A stretch of DNA of 64,000 bases from Dehalococcoidia bacterium (GTDB taxonomy: Bacteria; Chloroflexota; Dehalococcoidia; Lucifugimonadales; UBA2985), in contig DAOUKJ010000027.1 of NCBI GenBank assembly GCA_034421435.1, positions 7,298-71,297 on the forward strand, written 5' to 3'. Made by a program: the position numbers and the translations under genes. A model generated the notes under the pieces. The model was given only the letters and a program-made list of their open reading frames with translations. It searched no databases and was not told the DNA's origin. Shown here piece by piece: positions 31,142 to 40,448 of this stretch. The stretch's first letter is position 1. Each line of letters starts with the position of its first letter.

Positions 31142-31563
31142 GCGAGTCCGAGTTTCCGTCCACCAACCTGCAGTACGTGCTGTTCTGCAGCGACTTCGTG
31201 GAGCACCAGGGGCAGGTGTCCGTGTTCGGATTGCTGGATGGCGCGGACGTGCGCGGTACACTCCCGCGAGGCTCCCCCATGCCGGCCAAGGTGTTCCCGC
31301 TGAAGGTCGTGCTGGGCATCAACGCGCCGGTGGGCAAGCACCGCGTCAAGCTGGGCATTACGCGCCCCTCCGGCGGCATCATGACCACCGTGGACCTGGA
31401 GGAGTTTGCGATGCATCCGGAGGAGACCGTGCACCGGTGCATCGCGAGCCTGGACATGGAAGTGTCGGAGGATGGCCTGTACACCTTCAGGGTGTACCTG
31501 GACAACGAGCAAATCGGATGGGCCGTCCTGCCGATGAGCTTCACCGTGGACTTCGTGGACTGA
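31138..31563 (+). CDS. hypothetical protein, start overlaps the upstream stop
   Basis: 141 aa. The TTG start overlaps the stop of the oxidoreductase (TTGA). No recognised motif. Confidence 0.5.
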   Translation: MSESEFPSTNLQYVLFCSDFVEHQGQVSVFGLLDGADVRGTLPRGSPMPAKVFPLKVVLGINAPVGKHRVKLGITRPSGGIMTTVDLEEFAMHPEETVHRCIASLDMEVSEDGLYTFRVYLDNEQIGWAVLPMSFTVDFVD

Positions 31564-31714
31564 GCCGGCCGGCGAGCAATCCTGCCGGGGAAACCGACAC
31601 TCTGCGATTTCCTCCCTGGCGCGCGTCCCCGCGCTCTTGCCCGCACTGAACCGACGCCGCGCCGGCCGCCGGAAAACTCCGCGAAGAGTTCGGAAATTCA
31701 GGCGTCAAATGTCC

Positions 31715-31746
31715 TTGACACGCTACGCTTCCGACAGAATATCATC
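31715..31746 (+). promoter_or_regulatory. possible promoter with a long leader upstream of the MBL-fold gene
   Basis: TTGACA at 31715-31720. The -10 is ambiguous (AATATC at 17 nt or TATCAT at 19 nt). About 175 nt to GTG 31923. Confidence 0.3.
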
Positions 31747-31922
31747 GGTTGGAGTTGAACGCTTCCGCGGCGGCATAGCCCTTCCGGGCCTTCCCCGCGA
31801 CGTACACAACCCAGACCACTCACAGGTCTGCGGCGCGTCTTGGCGACCTCCGGGTTGCCAACTGATCAGGTCACTTCCCAGGGGTCGGTTTACTCAATTA
31901 TTGTCCTGCAGGAGGTGGTTCA

Positions 31923-32759
31923 GTGGGCGCCAAGGCTCCGTCAATCCATCTACTAAGCGACGGAACCATCAAGTATGACGGCGGTTCCATATTCGGTCAG
32001 ATTCCCAAGGTGGACTGGGAGCAGCACATGAAGCCCGACCGGTGGAACCGCATTAGCCTGGGTCTCAACTGCCTGTTGATCCGCACGGACGACGGCAACG
32101 TGCTGGTCGACACGGGAGCGGGCACCAAGGACACCGGCAGGCAGCGCGAGGCGTTCGGCCTGTCATCCAGCAAACTGCTGAGGAGCCTGAAAGAAGTCGG
32201 CCTCTCCGCCAAGGACATCGACAAGGTTATCCTGACCCACCTCCACTTCGACCACTCCGGCGGGTGCACCAAGGTGGAGCGCTCCGGACGGGTGGTGCCG
32301 GCGTTTCCCAGGGCGTCCTACGTTGTGCAGAAGGCCTGCTGGGAGTACGCCAGGGAGCCGGGCGAACGCGGCAGGGAGTCCCACCACTCGGAGGACTACG
32401 CCTGCCTGAAGGACTCCGGGCAGCTATCGCTGGTAGACGGCGACTGCGAGATACTCCCGAACGTGTGGGTGAAGTCCACTGGGGGCCATTGCAGCGGCCA
32501 CCAGGTGGTCCACGTGAACTCCGGCGGAGAGAAGGTGGTGTTCCTGGGAGACCTGATACCCACTACTCACCACCTGAATCTGCCGTGTGTTTCCGCGCTC
32601 GACCAGTTCCCGGAGGACACGGTGGAGATCAAGCGGGAGCTCATAGCCAAGGCCGTGAAAGACGGCTGGCTCGTGATTTTCGCTCACGGCAACGGGGACA
32701 GGGCAGGCTACGTGGAGGAGCGCGACGGCGTCGTGAGCCTCCGGCCCATCAACCTCTAG
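31923..32759 (+). CDS. MBL-fold metallo-hydrolase (lactonase-like)
   Basis: ILTHLHFDHSGG metal-binding motif. 278 aa. GGAGGTGG RBS before the GTG start. Confidence 0.8.
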   Translation: MGAKAPSIHLLSDGTIKYDGGSIFGQIPKVDWEQHMKPDRWNRISLGLNCLLIRTDDGNVLVDTGAGTKDTGRQREAFGLSSSKLLRSLKEVGLSAKDIDKVILTHLHFDHSGGCTKVERSGRVVPAFPRASYVVQKACWEYAREPGERGRESHHSEDYACLKDSGQLSLVDGDCEILPNVWVKSTGGHCSGHQVVHVNSGGEKVVFLGDLIPTTHHLNLPCVSALDQFPEDTVEIKRELIAKAVKDGWLVIFAHGNGDRAGYVEERDGVVSLRPINL

Positions 32760-32919
32760 CGCTCCAGCTCCGGCCCAAGCAGCGGCATCGTAGCGGAAGA
32801 GCAAGCAACTCTTCGACGCGCCCGCTGAAAGCTCATCTGATGATGAGCCGGAACAAGTCCGTGCGCCGCGGCGCCGTGCCGACTACAAGCAGCCCGCGGA
32901 GCAAGTACAACCCCTCTCG

Positions 32920-32928
32920 TGGTATGAT
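32920..32928 (+). promoter_or_regulatory. extended -10 promoter of the glutaredoxin-like gene
   Basis: TGGTATGAT at 32920-32928, about 70 nt upstream of ATG 32998. Confidence 0.4.
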
Positions 32929-32997
32929 TAACGCAGTGCGCGCGCCTGACGTTCAACGGCTGCCAGGCGCGCAGTCCCAACCAAGGGAGGTCTTGGC

Positions 32998-33249
32998 ATG
33001 GAGCAGAGCGAAATCACGGTGTACGGCGCAAACTGGTGCGGTGACTGCAGACGCGCAAAGAAGTTCATGGATGACAATGGCGTTGGGTATGATTGGGTTG
33101 ACATTGAGAACGATCCAGCGGCCGTCGATCTGGTGCTCAAGCTGAACGGCGGCAAGCGCGTCATCCCCACCATAGTGTTCGAGGACGGCTCCATTCTGAT
33201 CGAGCCAACCAACTCGGAGCTGGCCGGCAAGCTGGGTGTCGGGAAGTAG
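32998..33249 (+). CDS. glutaredoxin-like / mycoredoxin-type small thiol-disulfide oxidoreductase
   Basis: 83 aa. VYGANWCGDCRRAKKF active site and a downstream cis-Pro (VIPTIVF). Confidence 0.8.
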   Translation: MEQSEITVYGANWCGDCRRAKKFMDDNGVGYDWVDIENDPAAVDLVLKLNGGKRVIPTIVFEDGSILIEPTNSELAGKLGVGK

Positions 33250-33277
33250 AGGGACAGTGGGTCCGAAGACAGCCCCG

Positions 33278-33982
33278 ATGCCTGCCGCAGACCTGCAGGA
33301 GCGGCTCGACCTTTCGTTCCTCGATGGCCGGCTGTTGGCAGAGGCACTCACGCACTCCTCAGCCGTCAACGAAGACCCGCAGGCCAGCCCTGCGTCCAAC
33401 CAGCGCCTGGAGTTCCTGGGCGACGCCCTGATTGGCCTCGTGGCGGCGAGGGAGCTGTACAGGTTGGCGCCCGATGCGCAAGAGGGCTCGCTCACCGAGC
33501 TTCGGGCCGCGGTGGTGCGCCGCGAAACGCTGGCGCGCGTGGCCAGAGGCATCTCGCTTGGCGACTACCTGCGGATGGGCCAGGGCGAGGACGCCAGCGG
33601 CGGGCGAGAGCGGGACTCTAACCTCGCCGCGGCACTGGAGGCCCTTGTGGGAGCCGTACTCCTGGACCTGGGTGCGGAGGAGGCCTGCAACGTGGCGCTA
33701 CGGCTGATGCGGCCGGAGGTTGAGCGAGTGACCCGGGAGGGCGCTGAGCGAGACCCCAAGTCACGGCTGCAGGAGGCTGCGCAGGGCATGGGCATGGGTT
33801 CTCCGACGTACCGGACTGTCTCACAAACTGAACCTGAGCAGGGTAGGACCTTTCGCATCGAGGTGCTCGTGGCGGGCCAGGTTATGGGGACTGGTTCAGG
33901 CAAACGCAAGTTGGACGGCGAACGGGCCGCGGCGCTGGAAGCGTTGGAGCTTCTGGCTAAGACCGACAGGCTGGGCACATAG
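33278..33982 (+). CDS. rnc: ribonuclease III
   Basis: NQRLEFLGDA signature, a second catalytic EALVGAV segment and a C-terminal dsRBD. The start is uncertain: ATG 33278 is preferred, and the ORF-track start 33236 overlaps the upstream gene. Confidence 0.88.
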   Translation: MPAADLQERLDLSFLDGRLLAEALTHSSAVNEDPQASPASNQRLEFLGDALIGLVAARELYRLAPDAQEGSLTELRAAVVRRETLARVARGISLGDYLRMGQGEDASGGRERDSNLAAALEALVGAVLLDLGAEEACNVALRLMRPEVERVTREGAERDPKSRLQEAAQGMGMGSPTYRTVSQTEPEQGRTFRIEVLVAGQVMGTGSGKRKLDGERAAALEALELLAKTDRLGT

Positions 33983-33991
33983 GGCGGGGCA

Positions 33992-34441
33992 ATGCTGGGG
34001 CAGGTACACGACCACATCGTCAGGGAGCTTGGCGAAAGCAGCCGCACTGACACCATCTTCGTGCTCACCGCCATCGTGTTCAATCTTCTCGCACTGGCGG
34101 TAAGCTCAGGAATGGCTGCCGCGGCAGTGGAGGAGCGTGCAGGCCGCGCCGCGGATATCCAGATAGCCGCCTCAACCTATGACATACTGCTTGCCGTTTT
34201 CATCGGCATGACCATGCTGATCAACGCTGTGGCTGTGGCTGCGCTCGTCCTGGGCAGGCGCAACCGAAGGACGCTGCTCGACGGGCTGGTCGCCATGTAC
34301 CGCGACAACGAGGTGGACAGGTACTACGATCCGTCCCTGGTCTCCAACTACGGCATGCGCTACCTGCTGTTCGGCTGCGTGATCGTGGCTCTGGCGCTCA
34401 CGGCCACCGCAGTCCCGCTGATCATTCGAATAACAGGCTGA
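33992..34441 (+). CDS. hypothetical membrane protein
   Basis: 149 aa with four hydrophobic segments. No motif recognised. Confidence 0.5.
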   Translation: MLGQVHDHIVRELGESSRTDTIFVLTAIVFNLLALAVSSGMAAAAVEERAGRAADIQIAASTYDILLAVFIGMTMLINAVAVAALVLGRRNRRTLLDGLVAMYRDNEVDRYYDPSLVSNYGMRYLLFGCVIVALALTATAVPLIIRITG

Positions 34442-34492
34442 ACGGGCACCGGCGAGCATTATCGACCCTCGCGTTGCCACGGCATGGGGGCC

Positions 34493-34502
34493 GTGCTAAG
34501 AT
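34493..34502 (+). promoter_or_regulatory. extended -10 promoter of ftsY (predicts a leaderless mRNA)
   Basis: GTGCTAAGAT-tccacc-ATG. The -10 ends 6 nt before the ftsY ATG and there is no SD. Confidence 0.5.
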
Positions 34503-34508
34503 TCCACC

Positions 34509-35447
34509 ATGTTCAGCAGGCTGCTTGGCAGACGCGAGAAGGTACAGCAGGGCCTGAGGAAGAGCCGCGAGTCCTGGTACTCCCGCGTCGCACAGATGGT
34601 CCAGCGCTCCCGCCTGGATGAAGAGGCGTGGGAGGAGCTGGAGGAGATGCTCATCTCGGCGGACGTGGGCGTGGCCGCCGCTACGCAGCTAATCGACAGC
34701 ACCCGCTCGAGGGCGGCCGAAAGTGGTGCGCGTGACGTCGAGGACGTCATGGAGATACTCAAGGGCGAGATTGTGGACGCCCTGGGGGTTGGCGAGCCAG
34801 CGGATACTCACGCCGTCGAGGCCAAGCCGCACGTGGTCTTGACCGTCGGAGTGAACGGAGTCGGCAAGACTACCAGCATCGCAAAGCTTGCACACTACTA
34901 CGGAGAGCAGGGCTACAAGACCGTCCTGTCGGCCTCGGATACCTTCCGCGCCGGCGCCATCGACCAGCTGCGGACGTGGGGCGACCGGCTTGGAGTGGAC
35001 GTGATAGCGCACGGGCCGGGCGGCGACCCCGCCGCCATCGCCTATGACGCGCTGGAGGCAGCGAGGGCGAGGCAGGCGGACGTGGTGCTGGTGGACACTG
35101 CAGGCCGGCTTCACACGCAGCTGAACCTGATGGAGGAGATGAAGAAGATAGCGCGGGTGCTCTCGCGCCTCGACCCGCAGGCCCCCCACGAAACCCTGCT
35201 GGTGCTGGACGCCACCACCGGGCAGAATGGACTGGCTCAGGCGCGGTCGTTCACGGAGGCCGTGGGGTGCACGGGAGTAGTGCTGGCCAAGCTGGACGGC
35301 ACTGCCAGGGGAGGCGTGGTCATTGCCATTGTGCGGGAGCTTGGACTGCCGGTGCGATACATCGGCACCGGCGAGGGCGTAGATGACATTGCCCCCTTCG
35401 ACGCGAGGGAGTTCGTTGAGGAGCTGTTTTCGCCCGCCTCAGGTTAG
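34509..35447 (+). CDS. ftsY: signal recognition particle receptor FtsY
   Basis: [16 protein letters not shown]-loop, DTAGR and [10 protein letters not shown] motifs. 312 aa. Confidence 0.93.
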   Translation: MFSRLLGRREKVQQGLRKSRESWYSRVAQMVQRSRLDEEAWEELEEMLISADVGVAAATQLIDSTRSRAAESGARDVEDVMEILKGEIVDALGVGEPADTHAVEAKPHVVLTVGVNGVGKTTSIAKLAHYYGEQGYKTVLSASDTFRAGAIDQLRTWGDRLGVDVIAHGPGGDPAAIAYDALEAARARQADVVLVDTAGRLHTQLNLMEEMKKIARVLSRLDPQAPHETLLVLDATTGQNGLAQARSFTEAVGCTGVVLAKLDGTARGGVVIAIVRELGLPVRYIGTGEGVDDIAPFDAREFVEELFSPASG

Positions 35448-35544
35448 CGGGCGACGCCCCCATTCTTGGTGTCGTGAACGCAGGCAGTAAGTCCCCTTAC
35501 GCCACGGACGCATCCAAGCGCGGGAGCAGCGGGGGACTGCGCCG

Positions 35545-37974
35545 TTGAGCGTCGTACTCTGGCTCCTGGCCGTACAACTGGTCGGGCTGGCCGCATTCCC
35601 CATCGCCTTCGCGCTCATGCCGGCACTGCGCGACCGCGGCTACTCGGTCGCCAAGCCGCTCGGGCTGATCCTCCTAGCGTGGCCGCTCTGGCTTCTCGGC
35701 TCGTTCAACCTCGTGCCCACGAACACGCTCTCGCTGTGGGGAGCGCTTGCAGTTATGGCCCTCGTTGCAGGCCGGATCGCATACGTGCGTCGCGAAGAGA
35801 TCGCGGCGCTGCTGCGGCGGGAGGGCCACGCCATTCTGATGGTGGAGGGAGTGTTCCTCCTGACGTTCCTGGCCTGGGTGATCTACCGCGCCTACGACCC
35901 CGCCATCGGCAGCACGGAGCAGCCGATGGACTTCGCATTCCTCAACGCCGCCGTGCTTGCGGAATTCTTCCCGCCGGAAGACCCGTGGCTGCGCGGCGGC
36001 GACCTGCCGTACTACTACTTCGGCTTTCTGATGATGGGCAACCTCACGGAGATGACGCTGATCCCCACCCGCGTCTCGTACAACCTGGCGCTGGCGCTCA
36101 TACCGGCGATGGCGGCGTCAGCGGCGTTCGGGCTGGTCTACAACCTGATTCGCGCCCACGGCTTGAACGCGTGGCAGGCGGTGCGATTCGGGCTGGTCGC
36201 TCCGGTGCTGCTGCTGGTGGTGAGCAACCTGGTGGGCCTGCTAGAGTTTCTGCGGATACGCGGGTTCGGTTCGCCCGGATTGTGGAGTTGGATAGGCATA
36301 AAGGACCTGGGCCCGGTGGAATCGCTTTCGTGGCGTCCCTTGGACTACCTGTGGTGGTGGCGGAGCACGCGTGTCATAGACACGCTCAACGAGGACGGTG
36401 GCAGCCTGGACTACACGATCACGGAGTTCCCGTTCTTCAGCTTTCTGCTGGGCGACCTGCACCCGCACGCCATGTCGATTCCGTTTGTGCTGCTGTTCGT
36501 GTGCTTCTGCCTGGCCTTGTACCTGTCGCCGGCGCGCGCCGCGGCGAGGGCGCTGCGAGAGAGGCTGTGGACTGTCCTCGCGGCGGCTGTGATGCTGGGC
36601 GCGCTCGCGTTCGTGAACGTCTGGGACATCGCCACGTTCGGCACGCTGTGGGCCGTGGTGGTCGTATTCCGGTCCGTCCGCGAGACCCAAGGCGACTGGG
36701 CCCGCGCTCTATCCCTTGCGTGGCCGCCAATCGCCGTGACGTTGCTGCTCGCGGTAGTCCTGTACGCGCCGTACTACGTGAGCCTGGACAGCCAGGCCTC
36801 CGGCATCCTTCCGGTCGGGGAGGTGGGCACTCGCCCGATTCACTTCCTGATACTCTGGGGCTTGTTCCTGGCGATACTTGCGCCGTTCCTGCTCCGGCAA
36901 GCGTACAACGCGCTCCCACTGCCACGGTCAAGCTCGGCAGCCGTCGACGTCGACGAGACGGAGGCCGCCGCGACTCTGGAGACACCCGCGGGCGGCGCGC
37001 CTCAGCCCGCGTTCGCGGAGGTGTTCTGGCCGCGCGCCGCTGTTTCGCTCGCAGTCGTCATGCTGCCGTTCTTCATCTGGGCGGCCTGGCATCTTGGGTG
37101 GAACACGGTTGCCGGAACATCCAACCCGTTCGCCGTGGTGGGGGAGCGGCTGGTGAGCGTGCTGCCTCTTGCCTCACTGCTGGCCGCGGCAATCTACGCT
37201 CTCATACGCGTCGGTGAGAGAGGCGATCAGCCCGCAGTTGTGTTCGTGCTGGCAATGGTCTCGGTGGGGCTGCTGCTGATTCTGGGGCCGGAGTTCCTGC
37301 GCCTGGACGACCTGTTCCACAACAGGATGAACACCATATTCAAGCTGTACTACCAGGCATGGATTCTCCTTGCGACGGCCTCCGCCTTTGGCCTATACTG
37401 CCTCAGTTCAATCGGGCTGCCGAGCCGCGGGACGCTCCGCGCGGCGATGACGGGCTGGTGGGTCGTGATTGGCCTGCTGTTGGCGGGCAGCCTGTACTAT
37501 CCGGTGGAGGCGGTGCTGACCAAAAGCGGGCAGTTTCAGGGCGAAACTACCCTGGACGGCCTGGCGCACGTGGCGCGAAGCAGCCCGGGGGAGTACGCGG
37601 CCATTCTATGGCTGCAGGACAACGCACAGGAGGGCGACGGCTTGTTGGAGGCCGTGGGTGGCAGCTACACAGCATACGGCAGGATATCGAGCAGCACCGG
37701 GTTGCCGGCCGTGCTGGGATGGCCTGGGCATGAGCATCAGTGGCGCGGCTCGACTCTGCCGTTCGAGGGCAGGGAAGAGGACGTACGGACTATCTATGAG
37801 ACGCGGGATGCGTCCGAGGCGGCAGACCTTCTGGATGAATACCGAATCAAATATGTAGTGGTGGGGCCGCGTGAGCGGGCCTCGTACGGGACGATGGGCC
37901 TGTCCAAGTTCTCGGCGCTGGGAGACGAGGTATTCTCGCAGGACGACGTGACCATATACAGGATTCCAGAGTGA
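35545..37974 (+). CDS. Chlor_Arch_YYY-domain (DUF2298) polytopic membrane protein
   Basis: 809 aa with many TM segments. Signature LRGGDLPYYYFGFLMMG and a C-terminal soluble domain. Confidence 0.8.
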   Translation: MSVVLWLLAVQLVGLAAFPIAFALMPALRDRGYSVAKPLGLILLAWPLWLLGSFNLVPTNTLSLWGALAVMALVAGRIAYVRREEIAALLRREGHAILMVEGVFLLTFLAWVIYRAYDPAIGSTEQPMDFAFLNAAVLAEFFPPEDPWLRGGDLPYYYFGFLMMGNLTEMTLIPTRVSYNLALALIPAMAASAAFGLVYNLIRAHGLNAWQAVRFGLVAPVLLLVVSNLVGLLEFLRIRGFGSPGLWSWIGIKDLGPVESLSWRPLDYLWWWRSTRVIDTLNEDGGSLDYTITEFPFFSFLLGDLHPHAMSIPFVLLFVCFCLALYLSPARAAARALRERLWTVLAAAVMLGALAFVNVWDIATFGTLWAVVVVFRSVRETQGDWARALSLAWPPIAVTLLLAVVLYAPYYVSLDSQASGILPVGEVGTRPIHFLILWGLFLAILAPFLLRQAYNALPLPRSSSAAVDVDETEAAATLETPAGGAPQPAFAEVFWPRAAVSLAVVMLPFFIWAAWHLGWNTVAGTSNPFAVVGERLVSVLPLASLLAAAIYALIRVGERGDQPAVVFVLAMVSVGLLLILGPEFLRLDDLFHNRMNTIFKLYYQAWILLATASAFGLYCLSSIGLPSRGTLRAAMTGWWVVIGLLLAGSLYYPVEAVLTKSGQFQGETTLDGLAHVARSSPGEYAAILWLQDNAQEGDGLLEAVGGSYTAYGRISSSTGLPAVLGWPGHEHQWRGSTLPFEGREEDVRTIYETRDASEAADLLDEYRIKYVVVGPRERASYGTMGLSKFSALGDEVFSQDDVTIYRIPE

Positions 37975-37981
37975 CCATTCG

Positions 37982-40207
37982 ATGACGAGCGACACAGCGT
38001 ACACGGTAGAGCCGCAGGAGCGGCCGGCGCAGAGCGCCGCCGCCGGCGGCATGCCATTCGAGCGGTGGGAGCTGGTTGCCTTCGGAGTCATATTCCTCGT
38101 CGCTCTGTCGATGAGGCTGTGGGATCTGGGTTCGAGGGCATTCGGCTACGACGAGAGCCTTCACGCCTACTACAGCTTCCGCCTGGCACAGGGCTTCGAG
38201 TATCTCCACAACCCGCTTACGCACGGCCCGTTCCAGTACCACATCATGGCGGCATTCTACTTCCTGCTGGGCGACAGCGACTACGTGTCCCGCCTGTCGC
38301 ACGCGCTGTTCGGCGCGGCGCTCGTGCTGCTTCCGCTATTTCTGAGGCAGCGGCTGGGCAGAGCCGGGGCGCTCGCCACCTCCCTCATGCTGGCGTTCTC
38401 TCCAATGATGCTGTTCTACAGCCGGTACGCCCGCAACGACATATACATGGCGGTGTGGACGCTCGCCCTAGTGGTGCTCCTCTGGCGCTACGTGGACGAG
38501 GGCAAACCACGGTACCTCTACCTCAGCGCCGCGGTGCTCGCGCTGTCGTTCGCCACCAAGGAGACCACATTCATCTTCGTGGCCATCCTGGGCAGCTACC
38601 TGCTCATCGTGGCGGCGACGGACTGGATACCCTGGCTGCTCCGGCAGAGAACGCCAACCCGGTTTGCGGACCCGGCGGCGGGCGGCGAGTATCGATACAT
38701 ACCCGGCGTGGGCTTCGGCTACGGCCCAGACCCGGAGCCAACCCGCCTATCGAGCTTCTCGCGGTGGGGAGCGTACCTGGTGCTGCTGGCAACGCTGACG
38801 GCGCCGCACGTGTCGTCCGCGGTGAGCATCTTCCAGGACCGGCTCGCCGGAGCGGGGATCATACTGGCAAGCTCCGACGGCCTGGTGGGCGCGCCGTCCG
38901 GCGACACACTGTTCACGATTCAGGACGTGGACATCACCAAGGGTATCGTTGTGGCGCTCATCGTGCTGGTGCTCATCCTGTGGTTCTCCACCATGGTCGG
39001 CATCACATGGAACCGTCGGCTCTGGCTGCGCTGCGCGGTGGTGTTCTACAGCATCTGGCTGCTGCTGTTCACCACGTTCCTCACCAACATGCTGGGTCTG
39101 GGCAGCGGGTTTTGGCAATCGCTGGGCTACTGGCTGGCGCAGCACGACGTGAACCGCGGAGACCAACCCTGGTACTACTACTTCGTCATCACGCCGCTGT
39201 ACGAAACGTTGCCGGTGCTGCTCTCCGTGGCCGCCGTCATCTACTACGCGTTCAGGGGCGACAGCTTCACGCGGTTCCTCGCGTACTGGACGGTGCTGAC
39301 GTTCGCGCTCTACTCCGTGGCAGGCGAGAAGATGCCGTGGCTGGTCGTGAACATCGCATTGCCGATGATCGTTATTTCCGGCAAGCTCATCGGGGACATG
39401 GTGGCGGCTACGTCGTGGGCGAGAATCCGGCAGGCCAGGGGCGTATATCTCTTTCCCCTGGCTGCGCTTCTCGTGTACCTCGTCGCCAGGCTGCTGCTGT
39501 TCGACATTCAGCGCGGCAACGTGCTGAACTTCCTGGAGTTCGTGACGCTTCTGGGCTTCGCGCTTGTGCTGGTGGGCCTGGGCGTCCACCTGCTGCTGCG
39601 GTCCGGCGCGGCGAACGGGCTGCGACTGACGGCGCTGTCGCTTGCGCTACTGCTCGGCGTGCTCTCGGCGAGGGCCGGCTGGCAGGCCACCTACGTACAC
39701 GGCGACGAGCCGATCGAGATGATCGTCTACGCGCAAGACTCGGGAGACGTGCCGCGGATAATCGACCGCGTGCGGGAGATTGCGGAGTCGTCTGAGGAGG
39801 GTTACGACATGCCGCTTACAGTCGACAAGGACGCCTACTGGGGCATGCTCTGGTACATTCGCGACTTCAACAACGCGGAGTACGCGGACCTGGACAACCT
39901 GACTGAGGCCCCCCAGGGCGAGGTGGTGCTCATCAGCAACAACAACCGGTCCAAGATGACGGCATACCTTGACCAGTACGCGCCAGCAGAGGACTTCACG
40001 TACCTCTGGTGGCCGGCCGAAGGGTACAAGCCGTGTGGCGAGGCGGGCACGGAGCCATGCTTCCGCCTCACGGACCTGTTCAGCAACCTGGTGAGCAAGG
40101 ATAAGTGGCGAGAGGGCCTGGACTACTACATCTACCGCAAGACAGACCTCGAATTTCTGACTCATGATGCGGTCGCATTCTTCCCCAAGGAGGATGCGGA
40201 GGAGTAG
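37982..40207 (+). CDS. ArnT/PMT-like glycosyltransferase-fold membrane protein (TIGR03663-like)
   Basis: 741 aa. N-terminal RLWDLGSRAFGYDESLHAYYS motif, as in family-39/83-type lipid-linked sugar transferases. Adjacent to the YYY protein. Confidence 0.7.
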   Translation: MTSDTAYTVEPQERPAQSAAAGGMPFERWELVAFGVIFLVALSMRLWDLGSRAFGYDESLHAYYSFRLAQGFEYLHNPLTHGPFQYHIMAAFYFLLGDSDYVSRLSHALFGAALVLLPLFLRQRLGRAGALATSLMLAFSPMMLFYSRYARNDIYMAVWTLALVVLLWRYVDEGKPRYLYLSAAVLALSFATKETTFIFVAILGSYLLIVAATDWIPWLLRQRTPTRFADPAAGGEYRYIPGVGFGYGPDPEPTRLSSFSRWGAYLVLLATLTAPHVSSAVSIFQDRLAGAGIILASSDGLVGAPSGDTLFTIQDVDITKGIVVALIVLVLILWFSTMVGITWNRRLWLRCAVVFYSIWLLLFTTFLTNMLGLGSGFWQSLGYWLAQHDVNRGDQPWYYYFVITPLYETLPVLLSVAAVIYYAFRGDSFTRFLAYWTVLTFALYSVAGEKMPWLVVNIALPMIVISGKLIGDMVAATSWARIRQARGVYLFPLAALLVYLVARLLLFDIQRGNVLNFLEFVTLLGFALVLVGLGVHLLLRSGAANGLRLTALSLALLLGVLSARAGWQATYVHGDEPIEMIVYAQDSGDVPRIIDRVREIAESSEEGYDMPLTVDKDAYWGMLWYIRDFNNAEYADLDNLTEAPQGEVVLISNNNRSKMTAYLDQYAPAEDFTYLWWPAEGYKPCGEAGTEPCFRLTDLFSNLVSKDKWREGLDYYIYRKTDLEFLTHDAVAFFPKEDAEE

Positions 40208-40271
40208 GCCGCGAGGCATGGGGCTGATTGTCCCGTTCCGACACCGGAGACTACCGTAGAGCCAAGAATCC

Positions 40272-40306
40272 CTTCCCCCGTCTGCGGGGGAAGGTCAGGA
40301 TGGGGG
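40272..40306 (-). repeat. REP-like hairpin element, type C (inverted copy)
   Basis: cttcccccgtctgcgggggaaggtcaggatggggg is the diverged reverse complement of the 40329 element. Confidence 0.65.
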
Positions 40307-40328
40307 CAAAGAAGAATATGTCCGCACG

Positions 40329-40375
40329 GTTCACCCCCATCTCAATCTTCCCCCATCAAGGGGGAAGAGGTTTTG
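40329..40375 (+). repeat. REP-like hairpin element, type C
   Basis: The first 40 nt are identical to 21719-21758. Hairpin cttccccc-atcaa-gggggaag followed by aggtttt. Confidence 0.8.
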
Positions 40376-40448
40376 CAAAGGCCGCCACTCACAGCTATAC
40401 TTGAACCTGTGAGAGCCTACCGGCGATACATACTGATGGAATCCCGCA

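Noticed and set aside
30801-31646. A 281-aa minus-strand ORF across the end of the FAD/Fe-S gene and the 141-aa ORF.
   Set aside because: Its composition is Arg/Pro/Ser-rich and it lies antisense to two co-oriented genes. No motif and no plausible RBS.
35679-37217. A 512-aa same-strand alternate-frame ORF inside the YYY-domain gene. Similar cases are 38065-39795 (576 aa), 41464-42597 (377 aa), 53903-54979 (358 aa) and 15971-16675 (234 aa).
   Set aside because: The translations are Arg/Pro/Gly-rich and lack the hydrophobic or motif content of the overlapping recognisable genes. These are frame-shifted shadows, not overlapping genes.
5707-40375. The possibility that the recurring hairpin repeats form a CRISPR array.
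   Set aside because: The copies are kilobases apart, of several unrelated types and in both orientations, and not separated by uniform short spacers. No cas genes are present.
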